A stretch of DNA of 64,000 nt, taken from contig CM060733.1 in NCBI GenBank assembly GCA_030704615.1, positions 61,566,001 to 61,630,000 of the forward strand, written 5' to 3'. This DNA comes from Takakia lepidozioides (lineage: Eukaryota; Plantae; Bryophyta). Both the position numbers and the translations under genes were made by a program. This document shows, one piece after another, positions 35,840 through 54,162 of the stretch (positions within the stretch are counted from its first letter, which is position 1; each line of letters opens with the position of its first letter). The notes below the pieces were generated by a model, which was given only the letters and a program-made list of their open reading frames with translations, was not told the origin of the DNA and did not search any database.

Positions 35840-36800
35840 GGCATTTGCCTTCTGGACTTGTTTGGCGGGATCAGCACCGGATTGGCTGCTGTGCTACAGG
35901 CAGGTGTGCGGGTAAGGCGTTACCTGTATGTGGAGAGGGATGAGACTGCACGACGCGTCTCACTGCGCCATGTGCTCAGTTGGTACAGCAGTACCCTGAC
36001 TTGTTGCCTGTGTCTGCAGTTCGTGGATACCAACAAGCCTTGCCAGCAGACATTTCCTTGTTGGGGGCGCAAGATTTGGAGCAGGTTGGCTCCATTGATC
36101 TGATAGTGGCAGGTTGGCCCTGCCAAGGGCATTCATCAGCCGGGCATGGCAATGGATTGCGAGACTCGAGGACGGGTCTGTTTTGGGAGATGGTGCGGAT
36201 TTTGCGCTGCTTGCAGCTTCATCAAGCTGTATCTCCAGCATACATCTTGGAGAATGTACCACTGATGGGTGATTCTCGGGCCAGGGTGATGGCCAGTGTG
36301 CATCAAGTCCGGTCGTGGCTTGGGTCAGCAGTGTTGCTGGATGCAGCTGCAGTGGGGTCACGGGCTCATCGTCCACGACTATGGTGGACTAACTTGATGC
36401 CACCCGCACTGCTCAAGCGTGCATTTGATGGGGTGCAGCGGCCAGCACACCTCACCGTGGATGGCATTTTGGACACAGGAAGGCAGTCTCAACGTGTGAG
36501 ACACGATGACCGTTCGCCTTTGGCAGTGGTCAACAGGGTGGGTCAACCACGAGCAGCATTACCTACACTGCTCAGCTTCCCAGGATCCCATGCTTTTCGG
36601 GATGGTGGACCTGGCCTCCTGTGGGATGCTCAGTTGCAGCAGTTAGTGGAGCCTAATGCCGACGAGCGAGAGCGGGCTATGGGGTTTTCCACTGGGACCA
36701 CGGCGGTGCCTTCTCTTTCTGAGGCATCACGTCGTCAGGTGTTGGGGCAAGCAATGGATCTCAATTGCTTGACCTGGATTGTCAGCTTGGCTATGGCTGA
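35840..36800 (+). CDS. DNMT3-like C5 cytosine DNA methyltransferase domain, with one frameshift at ~35975
   Basis: Motif I LLDLFGGISTG, II YVERD, IV DLIVAGWPCQGHS (catalytic Cys), VI YILENV, VIII AHRPRLWWTN, IX ERERAMGF, X RRQVLGQAM. The motifs are in linear order and resemble DNMT3 (SLFDGIATG, AHRARYFWGN, EMERVFGF, RQRLLG). Confidence 0.92.
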
Positions 36801-37089
36801 GCAACGTAGAGTGCGGAGTGCACTTCCCTTGACGGTCTCTCTGCCTACCGAGACGGTACAGGCAGCGAGTGGGGGCGAGCCGGTGAGGACCACGAGGTGT
36901 AGACATCCATGGCACATGTGGGAGGTGCTCGAGGTTCAGAGGGAGTTGGCAGCGAAGGCAGCTGTGATGGATGAGGTTGGGGATTCTTCTCGGGATGAGG
37001 AGGTTCTCAATGATGAGATGATGGGGCAGGATGAGGCCTTGTCATTGACTGAGCAGGAAGGGGGTACTGCTCAAGAGGTTGCAGCATAG

Positions 37090-40000
37090 CAACCACGGGA
37101 CGCGTCCTCTACCTCTAAGCCCACTGGACTTAAGGTTGCAGTTACGGAGGACAATTGGGAGCCTGACATTGGACCCATTGTCACCGGAGGAGAGAGACGA
37201 CGTATACGGCGGTTCCTGAGGGCTTACAGGAATTGCTTTGCCTTCAGTTTGAAGGACTTGGGAGCACTGAAGGGTCAAGAGATCCGTATTGAGTTGGCCA
37301 CTGACACGCCAATCTTTCGGAGACCCTATAGATACAGTGACATGGAGAGGTCTTTGATTCAGATGAGGACTCAAGATCTCTGGGAGGCAGGTTTGGTGGA
37401 GCTCTCTGGTGGAGAGTATGCTTCAGCCACAGTGATGCCAGCTAAGAAGGATGTCTATGGCAATTGGACGGAGAGACGTATGTGCGGTGATTACCGGCCT
37501 GTAAATCGTCAGACCAAGTCCGATAGGTATGCCATGCCAACACCAGAGGAGATCTTTGATGCCATTGGGCATTCCAAGGTCTTTAGCACGTTGGATTTAC
37601 GATCCGGATATCACCAGTTGCCGATCAAGGAGGCGGATAAGCAAAAGACGGCATTCTGGGGGATCAATGAGCACGGGAAGGATTGCCTATACCAGTGGCG
37701 GTTCTTACCATTTGGGCTTAAAAACGCTCCCGCTGAGTTTCAAAGAGTCATGGACAGGATTCTAGCAGGGGTGGAGTTTGCTCGGTGCTACATAGATGAC
37801 ATCATCATCTTTAGTGCTACGGTGGAGGAGCATGAGAGACACCTTCAGGGGGTATTTGAGCGCTTGAGGACGCACGGATTGAAGTTACATCCGGGCAAGT
37901 GCAAGTTTTTCCACAACCAGATTGAGTATCTGGGTCACATGATATATCCTGGAGGATTGGGGGTACAGCAGACTAAGGTAGAGTCCATTGCACAGGTTCC
38001 ACGCCCCACGGATGTGAGCCGAGTTCGAGCTTTCATGGGGTTAGCAAACTATTACAGACGGTTTGTTAAGGGATTTAGTGCCATTGCAAAGGCTCTAACC
38101 AAGCTGACCAAGGTGGACCAGGAGTGGCAGTGGGAAGATGAGCAAGAACAAGCTTTTCAAGAGCTCAAGGCGAGGTTGACCTCGGCGCCCATCTTGAGAC
38201 GACCTATCAGGGGGCGTCCTTTTCAGCTGCATACAGATTGGAGCATGCTGGGGCTTGGAGCGGTGCTCACACAGGTGGATGATGAGGGAAGAGAGTTCGT
38301 AGTGGCTTATGCTAGCCGCTCGAACAATGCTGCAGAGTCTAAGTATAGCTCATATGAGGGAGAATGCTTAGCTGCAGTGTGGGCCGTGGCACACTTCAGG
38401 TGCTATCTATACGGCAATCTCTTCACCCTTGTCACGGATCACCAACCACTCAAGTGGTTGATGGAGTCAGACAAGCTTACGGGGAAGCTTGCACGGTGGG
38501 CACTCATCCTTCAAGAGTATGACTTTCAGGTGGTGCATCGACCGGGTTTGGTCAATCGAAATGCAGATGGGTTGAGTCGCAATCCATGCACGAGCCAGCA
38601 GGATGACACTGGAGCTCGGTGGCATGGTGAGACGGACGAGGAGATGGTGCCCGGATGGCATGCATCTGCATTTCTGTGTATCTTGGCAGCGGAAGGCCAG
38701 GTTGGACCTACAACAGGGATGACTGTAGATCAAGTGTCTGAGGACCCTGAGGCCAGCAATGAGCAAGGTGGCGCCAAAGATATACATGAGGATTCAGTTG
38801 TGTTGGACTACCTCCGCAGTGGAGACACGGCAGCCACTATGACTGCCAAGGAGAGGGATCGGATCCTACAACGAGCCAAGAGGTTCAGGTGGGAGGGGAC
38901 ACACCTGCTCCGAGTGTGGGAGGATGGTCGAGTGAGGATTGTGCCTCACCCAACACAGCGGGCACGGTTAGTGCGGCATGCCCATGAGGAGTTGGGGCAT
39001 TTTGGGGTGCGACGCACTCATAGTCTACTGCAGGGGCAGTATTGGTGGCGTGGTATGCACACAGAGGTGCAACAATTTGTGGCTAGGTGCATGGTGTGTG
39101 ACAGGGTGCGTGCTTCATTCAACGCCCCTACTCCACAATTGCACCCTCTTCCGATCATGGGATTGGGCTACAGGTGGAGTCTTGACTTCGCAGGGCCGTT
39201 GCCACTGACCATGCGCCACAACAAGTACGTGTTGGTGATGGTGGAGCACTTCTCCAAGTGGATTGAATTGGTTCCATTGCCTGATAAGGCTAGTGAGGGA
39301 GCTGCGTATGCATTCTTGGATTGTGTGCTTAGCCGATTCGGTGCTCCAGCTGAGGTACTCACGGACCAAGGGAGAGAGTTCTTGGGGGAGTTTCAGGCTT
39401 TGTGTGACAAGGCCTTGATAGACCACCGCACCACTTCTCGGGATCATCCTGAGGCCGATGGCTTGGCAGAGAGAGTTGTTCAGACAGTAAAGAGGGGTTT
39501 GCGCAAGTATGGCTTGCAGAAGGGACACCTAGGAGATTGGGACCTTCAGTTACCCTGGTTAGCCATGGGCTACAGGTTCAGCAAGCAAGCATCACTTGCC
39601 TCCTTCTCACCATACTTTCTTCTCTTTGGCCGAGAGCCGGATTTGCCTACATCCATTCGCAGAGAAGCTGCTACAGTTCTTAACCTTGACGATCCGGACG
39701 TGTGGGCACGTGCATGTGAGCAGCGTGCAGAGTTGTTCAAGAGAGTCATGCCCATGGCTTTCGAGAACCTTGCCATTGCACAACACCGTGATACGTTGAG
39801 GTATGCTACCATACGTGGTGGGGGCTATCGTCCTGGGGTTCGGAGATTCAACCCTGGTGACTATGTCTATCTGCAGCAGACTGCTCCTACGACCCTGGAT
39901 GTGACTGCAGGACGTGTTATTTTGAGGGTTCGAGAGGTCTTGCCCTCAGGCGTCTTGGTCTTGGAGGGTCGGGATGGCATAACTTGGAAGGACCATGTGC

Positions 40001-40224
40001 GTAATTGTGCGCCATGTCACCTTCCGAATGTCGATGGCAGGATTGACCCAAACCTGGCAGTGGTATCTGCAGGTTTGAGGTGCATGTTGTGTGGGTCTGC
40101 TAAAGGGGCAGCCACCATGCTGGTGTGTGATCGATGCTCTAGAGGTTGGCATATGGGATGCTTGACTCCACCTCTTGAGATGGTTCCGGATGGGGATTGG
40201 TTATGTCCACATTGCATTGGATAG
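37090..40224 (+). CDS. pol: Pol: RT, RNase H, integrase and C-terminal PHD finger (uninterrupted)
   Basis: RMCGDYR, LDLRSGYHQ, LPFGLKNAP, YIDD. RNase H: LHTDWS, YEGECLA, TDH, NADGLSR. Integrase: HHCC, SLDFAGP, TDQG, DGLAER. PHD: C-X2-C..CDRC..H..C..W.CPHC. The frame is open from 37090, in frame with the MTase past one TAG at 37087. Confidence 0.97.
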   Translation, partial: QPRDASSTSKPTGLKVAVTEDNWEPDIGPIVTGGERRRIRRFLRAYRNCFAFSLKDLGALKGQEIRIELATDTPIFRRPYRYSDMERSLIQMRTQDLWEAGLVELSGGEYASATVMPAKKDVYGNWTERRMCGDYRPVNRQTKSDRYAMPTPEEIFDAIGHSKVFSTLDLRSGYHQLPIKEADKQKTAFWGINEHGKDCLYQWRFLPFGLKNAPAEFQRVMDRILAGVEFARCYIDDIIIFSATVEEHERHLQGVFERLRTHGLKLHPGKCKFFHNQIEYLGHMIYPGGLGVQQTKVESIAQVPRPTDVSRVRAFMGLANYYRRFVKGFSAIAKALTKLTKVDQEWQWEDEQEQAFQELKARLTSAPILRRPIRGRPFQLHTDWSMLGLGAVLTQVDDEGREFVVAYASRSNNAAESKYSSYEGECLAAVWAVAHFRCYLYGNLFTLVTDHQPLKWLMESDKLTGKLARWALILQEYDFQVVHRPGLVNRNADGLSRNPCTSQQDDTGARWHGETDEEMVPGWHASAFLCILAAEGQVGPTTGMTVDQVSEDPEASNEQGGAKDIHEDSVVLDYLRSGDTAATMTAKERDRILQRAKRFRWEGTHLLRVWEDGRVRIVPHPTQRARLVRHAHEELGHFGVRRTHSLLQGQYWWRGMHTEVQQFVARCMVCDRVRASFNAPTPQLHPLPIMGLGYRWSLDFAGPLPLTMRHNKYVLVMVEHFSKWIELVPLPDKASEGAAYAFLDCVLSRFGAPAEVLTDQGREFLGEFQALCDKALIDHRTTSRDHPEADGLAERVVQTVKRGLRKYGLQKGHLGDWDLQLPWLAMGYRFSKQASLASFSPYFLLFGREPDLPTSIRREAATVLNLDDPDVWARACEQRAELFKRVMPMAFENLAIAQHRDTLRYATIRGGGYRPGVRRFNPGDYVYLQQTAPTTLDVTAGRVILRVREVLPSGVLVLEGRDGITWKDHVRNCAPCHLPNVDGRIDPNLAVVSAGLRCMLCGSAKGAATMLVCDRCSRGWHMGCLTPPLEMVPDGDWLCPHCIG

Positions 40225-40484
40225 TGGGAGTGGATACAACCATGGAAGGCTAACAAGAAACGCAAGGCCCAGCTACTAGGAGACCTTGAACACACGAGGT
40301 CCTGGCTCAAGTTCACAGATTGCAAGACGGCGACTAACGATGGGGCTACTCTTGTACCCGGCCTCTTGGTCTATAGAGTTTGAGTACAATAGGGACAGTG
40401 ATAGAGGACTTAGTACGGCTGTGGCTATTACATCTTGTAGCTATCTGGAGGTAGAGGGACCTATCCACCAGCTAGGGGGGCGAT

Positions 40485-41004
40485 TGTGGCAGACTACTTT
40501 ATTGTGCATATATGTGTGGTGTGGTTTGGACAGCGATGTAGTTGTGTAGCGATATGTATGCGCACGACAGCTGTCAAGTTAAATAAGCACAGTGTGAAAA
40601 CAGCTAGAATAAAACTAGTTATTTGTATTTAACACTTGGATTTAGGTCAAGTGTTAAATCAGGTGTCAAGTTTAGTTTGACACTTGGTCCGTCTTATCTT
40701 TACGAGAGCGGCAGTCGCGCAGCTCATCTTTCTCGAGTTGAGCCTGCGCGACCGAGCTCCTTCATGCGTTTAGATCTGAGTGTGCTTATGATGGGAGTGT
40801 AGGTTGTTGTGGGGTGGAGTCCCCATAGCTTGGGGTGCCCCTGGCTCGACTTCTATTTCTAAGAGTGATGGTTTGGTTTTCATGCTTTGCATCGTGTGTG
40901 TCCTTAGCTTTCTTATCTATTGTGGCAGACTACTTTATTGTGCATATATGTGTGGTGTGGTTTGGACAGCGATGTAGTTGTGTAGCGATATGTATGCGCA
41001 CGAC
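40485..41004 (+). repeat. 3' terminal A1-B2-A2 repeat block
   Basis: A (~85 bp) at 40485-40569 and 40921-41004 brackets B2 at 40572-40917. The A1|B2 junction is GACA-GC-TGTC. Confidence 0.95.
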
Positions 41005-42193
41005 GGAAAAATATTGATCTCACATGGTGTTGTAGCCTAATGAAGAGTGACCCGCCCCCCCCCCCCCCCCCCGAGATCACGTTGACATCCCATACGTCGC
41101 ACGCACTGCAGCCTCTAGACGTCTCCGTGTTCAAGCCTTTCAAGTCTACGTTTCGGAACTATAGGGACGTGTGGAGTATAGCAAACAAAGGGAAGGCAGC
41201 CAAGAAAGAGAATCTAGTGCAATGAGTTTCTTTGGGACTGAAAAAAACATTGTCAGAAGTGAACATTAAAAAAGGATTCTCCACCACAGGGATTTGGCCT
41301 CTGAGGCCTACTGCCATGGCAAACAAGATGGGGCCATGATCTAGTTTTGCACAAGAGCCACCTGCAGCAAATGAAGATCACACCAGCTGCATTGACGATC
41401 AGGCAGCAGATGAGGACCAGAGACGAGATCCAGCTATTGAGGAGGTGATTGGCAATATGGTTTCCGAAACCCAAGAAGAGTGTATGCACTATTATGTGCA
41501 GATGGAGGACGATGAGGAGCCCACAAATGAGGTTGTTGATGAGGATATCCCTGCAAGCAGCCAGGAGTCTCAACCACTTGCCCCCGATCGGGAACTGTCA
41601 ATGCTTGCATACACGGGTCCGAACAGTATAGCCTCACCCTATTAGAGGCTCCTGCACCCAACATAAGGCGAGTGACTCAAGATGGACAAGTTTTGATCGA
41701 TTATTCTAAATCCATAATTATGACTAGTGACGACTACGTCAATTCCCTGGAGCAGAAAGCACTACTCAAAGTAGAAGCAGTTGCAGCTAAAGAGAAGAAA
41801 CAAGAGGACCAACGCATTGCACGAGAGAAGAGGGCGGCAGAGAAATTAGACAAACAAGAGGCAATTCGGATCAGAAAGGCAGAAGCTGCAGCCAAAAAAA
41901 CGTATGATGCACAGTGCACAAACAAGGCATTGGGGGAGTATGGCAATCGCCTGCATGCACTGTTGAAGTCAGGAGGGCCTATCAGGCACCATGCCCCGTT
42001 CTATGGATTGACACCCCTAATCTGCAGGCATAACAAGGCCATGGCAATACGACGACGTCGAGCAAAGAAGGCAGGTGAAGATAGTAGCCAGTTTGTCACT
42101 GTGGCTCCTACCTGGGCACACGGAGAGCAGTTACGTGGGGTCCCGCACTTGACACCATTGAGGAGTGTGATCGGGCAGCGAGAGGCAGCATAA
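41004..42193 (+). mobile_element. pogo/Fot1-like transposase remnant, right copy and C-terminal continuation
   Basis: Repeats 28344-29107, then reads on into IMTSDDYVNSLEQKALLK..., a coiled-coil C-terminus. Element ends not identified. Confidence 0.85.
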
Positions 42194-43308
42194 GGGAGGC
42201 ACCATGGATCTAAGTAAGTTAAGTAACCGACGAGCAGAGCTGGTATGTGGCGGGAGCTGCACAGGGATGGCGGGAGAACTAGAAATGAGGAAGGCTGGTG
42301 TGTACATGGGTCAGCTAGTTTACGGTTCTGAGATGGCCATGTATGACGTGTTGTCGGTCAATTCATGGCAAACTTAGGGTTCGTATATGCTACATGTATG
42401 CTCAATTTTTGTACAGATCGTTATCCATGCAGGGAAAGTTCTAGATCCTTCCGTGGGTTCTGGGTCTTAGTATTAGGTATAGTGGCGTTCATTATTATAG
42501 GTAGTTGGACGCAATTCCCCGGTGAGAGGCAGTTGGCTCTCATCATGTACATGGCTTGGTTTTGGATATTTTTGGGGATCAATGTATGTGCACACATGGC
42601 ACCTTTACGCTTATATCAAGGAGGAATATATGGCATTCAGGGGGACCTATTGAGCAGAAGTGGGATAATGTGTACCTTAACTTTGATAATTCATGTATAT
42701 TACATCTGTGAACGGAAAATTATGTGCTTTGCACAAAGAATTTGTTGCTTCATTTGCTGATCTGCCCATGTAATTTTTGTGGCATTGCACCCTTTGAGCC
42801 GTGTATAGTGCTTAAAGGCACACTTTAAGATACCGCTACCTTATACTGGTGGCACTTCTGAGAACAATGTTCAAGCCTTACAAATTAATTGATTAATCTT
42901 AAAATAAAAAGATACTCAATCAATTAATGGCACTACTTTTATGTGCTCCTTGTTCCAGATGTCATTGCCGCTGATGTTGCGGCTGCATGGAATTCTCATG
43001 ACCCTCCATAACTTATTGGCAGTGGATTTTCTCTTTTTGCAAAAAGTTCCTTATGATGCAGGAGCTTTCAAGCCAAGGACATGGCAAATCTTCAGGGTTC
43101 CACCATCAAGCAATCAGCAGGTTGCGTTTGTTTCCACTGCCGCTCATGTGGTAGCGCCATAATCTACAACATCTAGAAACATCTACACGCACATTGAATG
43201 CCCATGCAGCCTCTGCGCGCAGGCCCCTACTCCTGCGCTAGTTTCTCGCTTCCCATTCGCCGATTTGTTCTTAGGTTCATGTTGGGGTACATTATTGACA
43301 CTTGGACT

Positions 43309-43473
43309 TGACCGGAGTTGGTTGGGTATTTGTGCCTTGCCTGTGCATAACCTAGGTGATCCTGGGTTCAATCCTTCAACATGTGCCTTCAAACCGTCCG
43401 TTGGCCCCTCGATGGCCTGTGTGTTGAGCAGTAGGCTCTGTAAATTCACTGGACGTTAAACAAACTTTATCTT
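43309..43473 (+). mobile_element. Candidate tRNA-headed SINE, family 2
   Basis: B-box-like GGGTTCAATCC at ~43364 and a 3' tail shared with 22850-22895. The A-box is weak. Confidence 0.5.
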
Positions 43474-44536
43474 TTGAAAACAAACAAATACGGTAAACTA
43501 GCGGGGTTTTAGTTTTACCCGGCTCCCTCATGAGTAAAGGATAGTAACTATTAGAACGATCTGACATGACCCACCTATACGAGGTTGACCAGGACCCTCA
43601 CGTTCGGAGGAGGTCCGAGGGAGGGAGACGTCGCTGTGCAGCGGCTTACAATACTTAGCAGCTAGCTGTCTATGATTCTCACATCCCTGCGTGATCCTTG
43701 AAGCTGCAGGATTTTTTCCCACACACAGAGCGGAGCCATTTCCTGCATCTGCGTATAAAGTGCACGGACCAGAAACCATGTTTTGCTTCTTTTTCTCAAT
43801 CACTGGTGGAGATGGCAGCGTGTTCCGGTGTTGACTTGAGCGCCACATGCGGATATGACTTACAGCCTTTGGTCATGGAGGAGCATTTTGATACAAGACT
43901 ATATGCTTATCCATACCAAGGTCCTGTCTTCTCGTTTCGGTCATGCAAGAGTGCTTACATCATGCAAAAGATTAAGGGACTGGGCTGTGGAGACCTCCGG
44001 GCTTGGAATCCAGACTGACCTATCCAGCAGAAGCCAATCTAATCAGAAAGCACACAGGATAGTCAGACAAGGGCTGTGATTAGTATATCTGGCAGGTAGG
44101 TCAACACTGGAGTATGCAACAGCGGTGGCAGGAGCTCTTTAAAGATCTTTCACACTGGTCGGACTACAGCGTTGACAAGGTGAGCTTTCTTCATGTGGGA
44201 TTCGAAGGAGTGTGTTATGGAGGGAGGAGTTTGACTGATTCTGGTATGAGAATGTTTTGTGGACTGGAGTGTACCCCAAGAAGTTAGAATCTCGATTTAT
44301 TCTTCTAAAACTGCTTTGCGTAAGCAGGGCATGAAAGTAGGACGCCCAAGATCTTTTCTCTGGAGTTTGCAAGTTACTTGGGAGGTTTAATGGTTGTGGC
44401 CTGTTTAAAATTGTGGCTACTCAGCTTCTCCCTTTTGATTTGTACAAACCAATCCAAGATCTCCAGTCTACCTACACAAACAGTGCACACAAGAGGTAGT
44501 GTGAATTGAGGGTTGGTTCAATGCTCTTTGAGTGCA

Positions 44537-45604
44537 AGACAAGCTGATTTCCATGCCACAAGGTCGAGAAAGTCTAGTGATGGTGGAAAGACATCAGACT
44601 GCACTTGTGATTCTGGTGTGGATGGTCAAGCTCCTCCAAAACTGGATGAGTGTAACTCTCCGTGAGCCTGATTAGAGGGGCGGCTATGTCATACACAAGC
44701 TTGTTTAACATTTGTAAGTTGGACACGTTTGTACATTCCTCATTGTGCTACAAGCAATAGACAAGCTGATTTCCATGCCACAAGGTCGAGAAAGTCTAGT
44801 GATGGTGGAAATATATCAGACTGCACTTGTGATTCTGGTGTGGATGGTCAAGCTCCTCCAAAACTGGATGAGTGTAACTCCCCGTGAGAGCTTGTAAGTT
44901 GGACATGTTTGTACATTCCTCATTGTGCTACAAGCAATAGACAAGCTGATTTCCATGCCACAAGGTCGGGAAAGTCTAGTGATGGTGGAATGATATCAGA
45001 CTGCACTTGTGATTCTGGTGTGGATGGTCAAGCTCCTCCAAAACTGGATGAGTGTAACTCTCCGTGAGCCTGATTAGAGGGGCGGCTATGTCATACACAA
45101 GCTTGTTTAACATCTGTAAGTTGGACATGTTTGTACATTCCTCATTGTGCTACAAGCAATAGACAAGCTGATTTCCATGCCACAAGGTCGGGAATGTCTA
45201 GTGATGGTGGAAAGATATCAGACTGCACTTGTGATTCTGGTGTGGATGGTCAAGCTCCTCCAAAACTGGATGAGTGTAACTCCCCGTGAGCCTGATTAGA
45301 GGGGCGGCTATGTCATACACAAGCTTGTTTAACATCTGTAAGTTGGACATGTTTGTACATTCCTCATTGTGCTACAAGCAATAGACAAGCTGATTTCCAT
45401 GCCACAAGGTCGGGAAAGTCTAGTGATGGTGGAATGATATCAGACTGCACTTGTGATTCTGGTGTGGATGGTCAAGCTCCTCCAAAACTGGATGAGTGTA
45501 ACTCTCCGTGAGCCTGATTAGAGGGGCAGGTATGTCATACACAAGCTTGTTTAACATCTGTAAGTTGGACATGTTTGTATATTCCTCATTGTGCTACAAG
45601 CAAT
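44537..45604. repeat. Tandem array of five units (222, 180, 222, 222, 222 bp)
   Basis: Units start AGACAAGCTGATTTCC at 44537, 44759, 44939, 45161 and 45383. Unit 2 lacks 42 bp. Few substitutions between units. Confidence 0.95.
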
Positions 45605-45845
45605 AGAGCCCAAAGTGACTTGCACAAATGTTGTTGACAGCTACACCAGCATTCCACAAGAGAACCTGCCAAAGTGTTGATGTTCGTCAAGTTTCAGGCA
45701 CCAAGGTCAACCAGGGAGCATGAAACAGCTCGGGAATTCCTTTAAGATCCGTCTTATTGGTGGGACAACCGAGATGGCAAGGCGTGGGTTTCTTCTTTTG
45801 ATGTGAAGGAGTTTGTCTCGTCTTCAATGGTTGTTCCTGTCTGGA

Positions 45846-54162
<8,317 letters not shown>

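Larger units (their letters stand above)
29108..41004 (+). mobile_element. Ty3/Gypsy-type retrotransposon encoding a C5 DNA methyltransferase and a PHD finger, with split direct repeats
   Basis: Starts TGTCAAG and ends GCACGAC. Repeats: B1 29108-29453, A1 40485-40569, B2 40572-40917, A2 40921-41004. Domain order Gag-PR-MTase-RT-RH-INT-PHD. Purine tract AGGGGGG at 40474-40480. Confidence 0.95.

Noticed and set aside
35840-36800. Bacterial restriction-modification contamination
   Set aside because: The domain is embedded in frame in a retroelement polyprotein among spliced plant genes, and its motifs are DNMT3-like.
29108-41004. DIRS/PAT/Ngaro tyrosine-recombinase element, suggested by split repeats plus a methyltransferase
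   Set aside because: No YR motifs are seen. The RT and integrase are Gypsy-type, and the MTase is C5 (PC/ENV) rather than the adenine-type domain of DIRS1-like elements.
42812-42833. TTAAAGGC..CACTTTAAGATA motif also seen at ~55924, as a possible transposon end
   Set aside because: Short, AT-rich and in direct orientation, with no matching partner end identified.
44537-45604. CRISPR-like array
   Set aside because: Whole units repeat with no unique spacers, there are no cas genes, and the context is eukaryotic.
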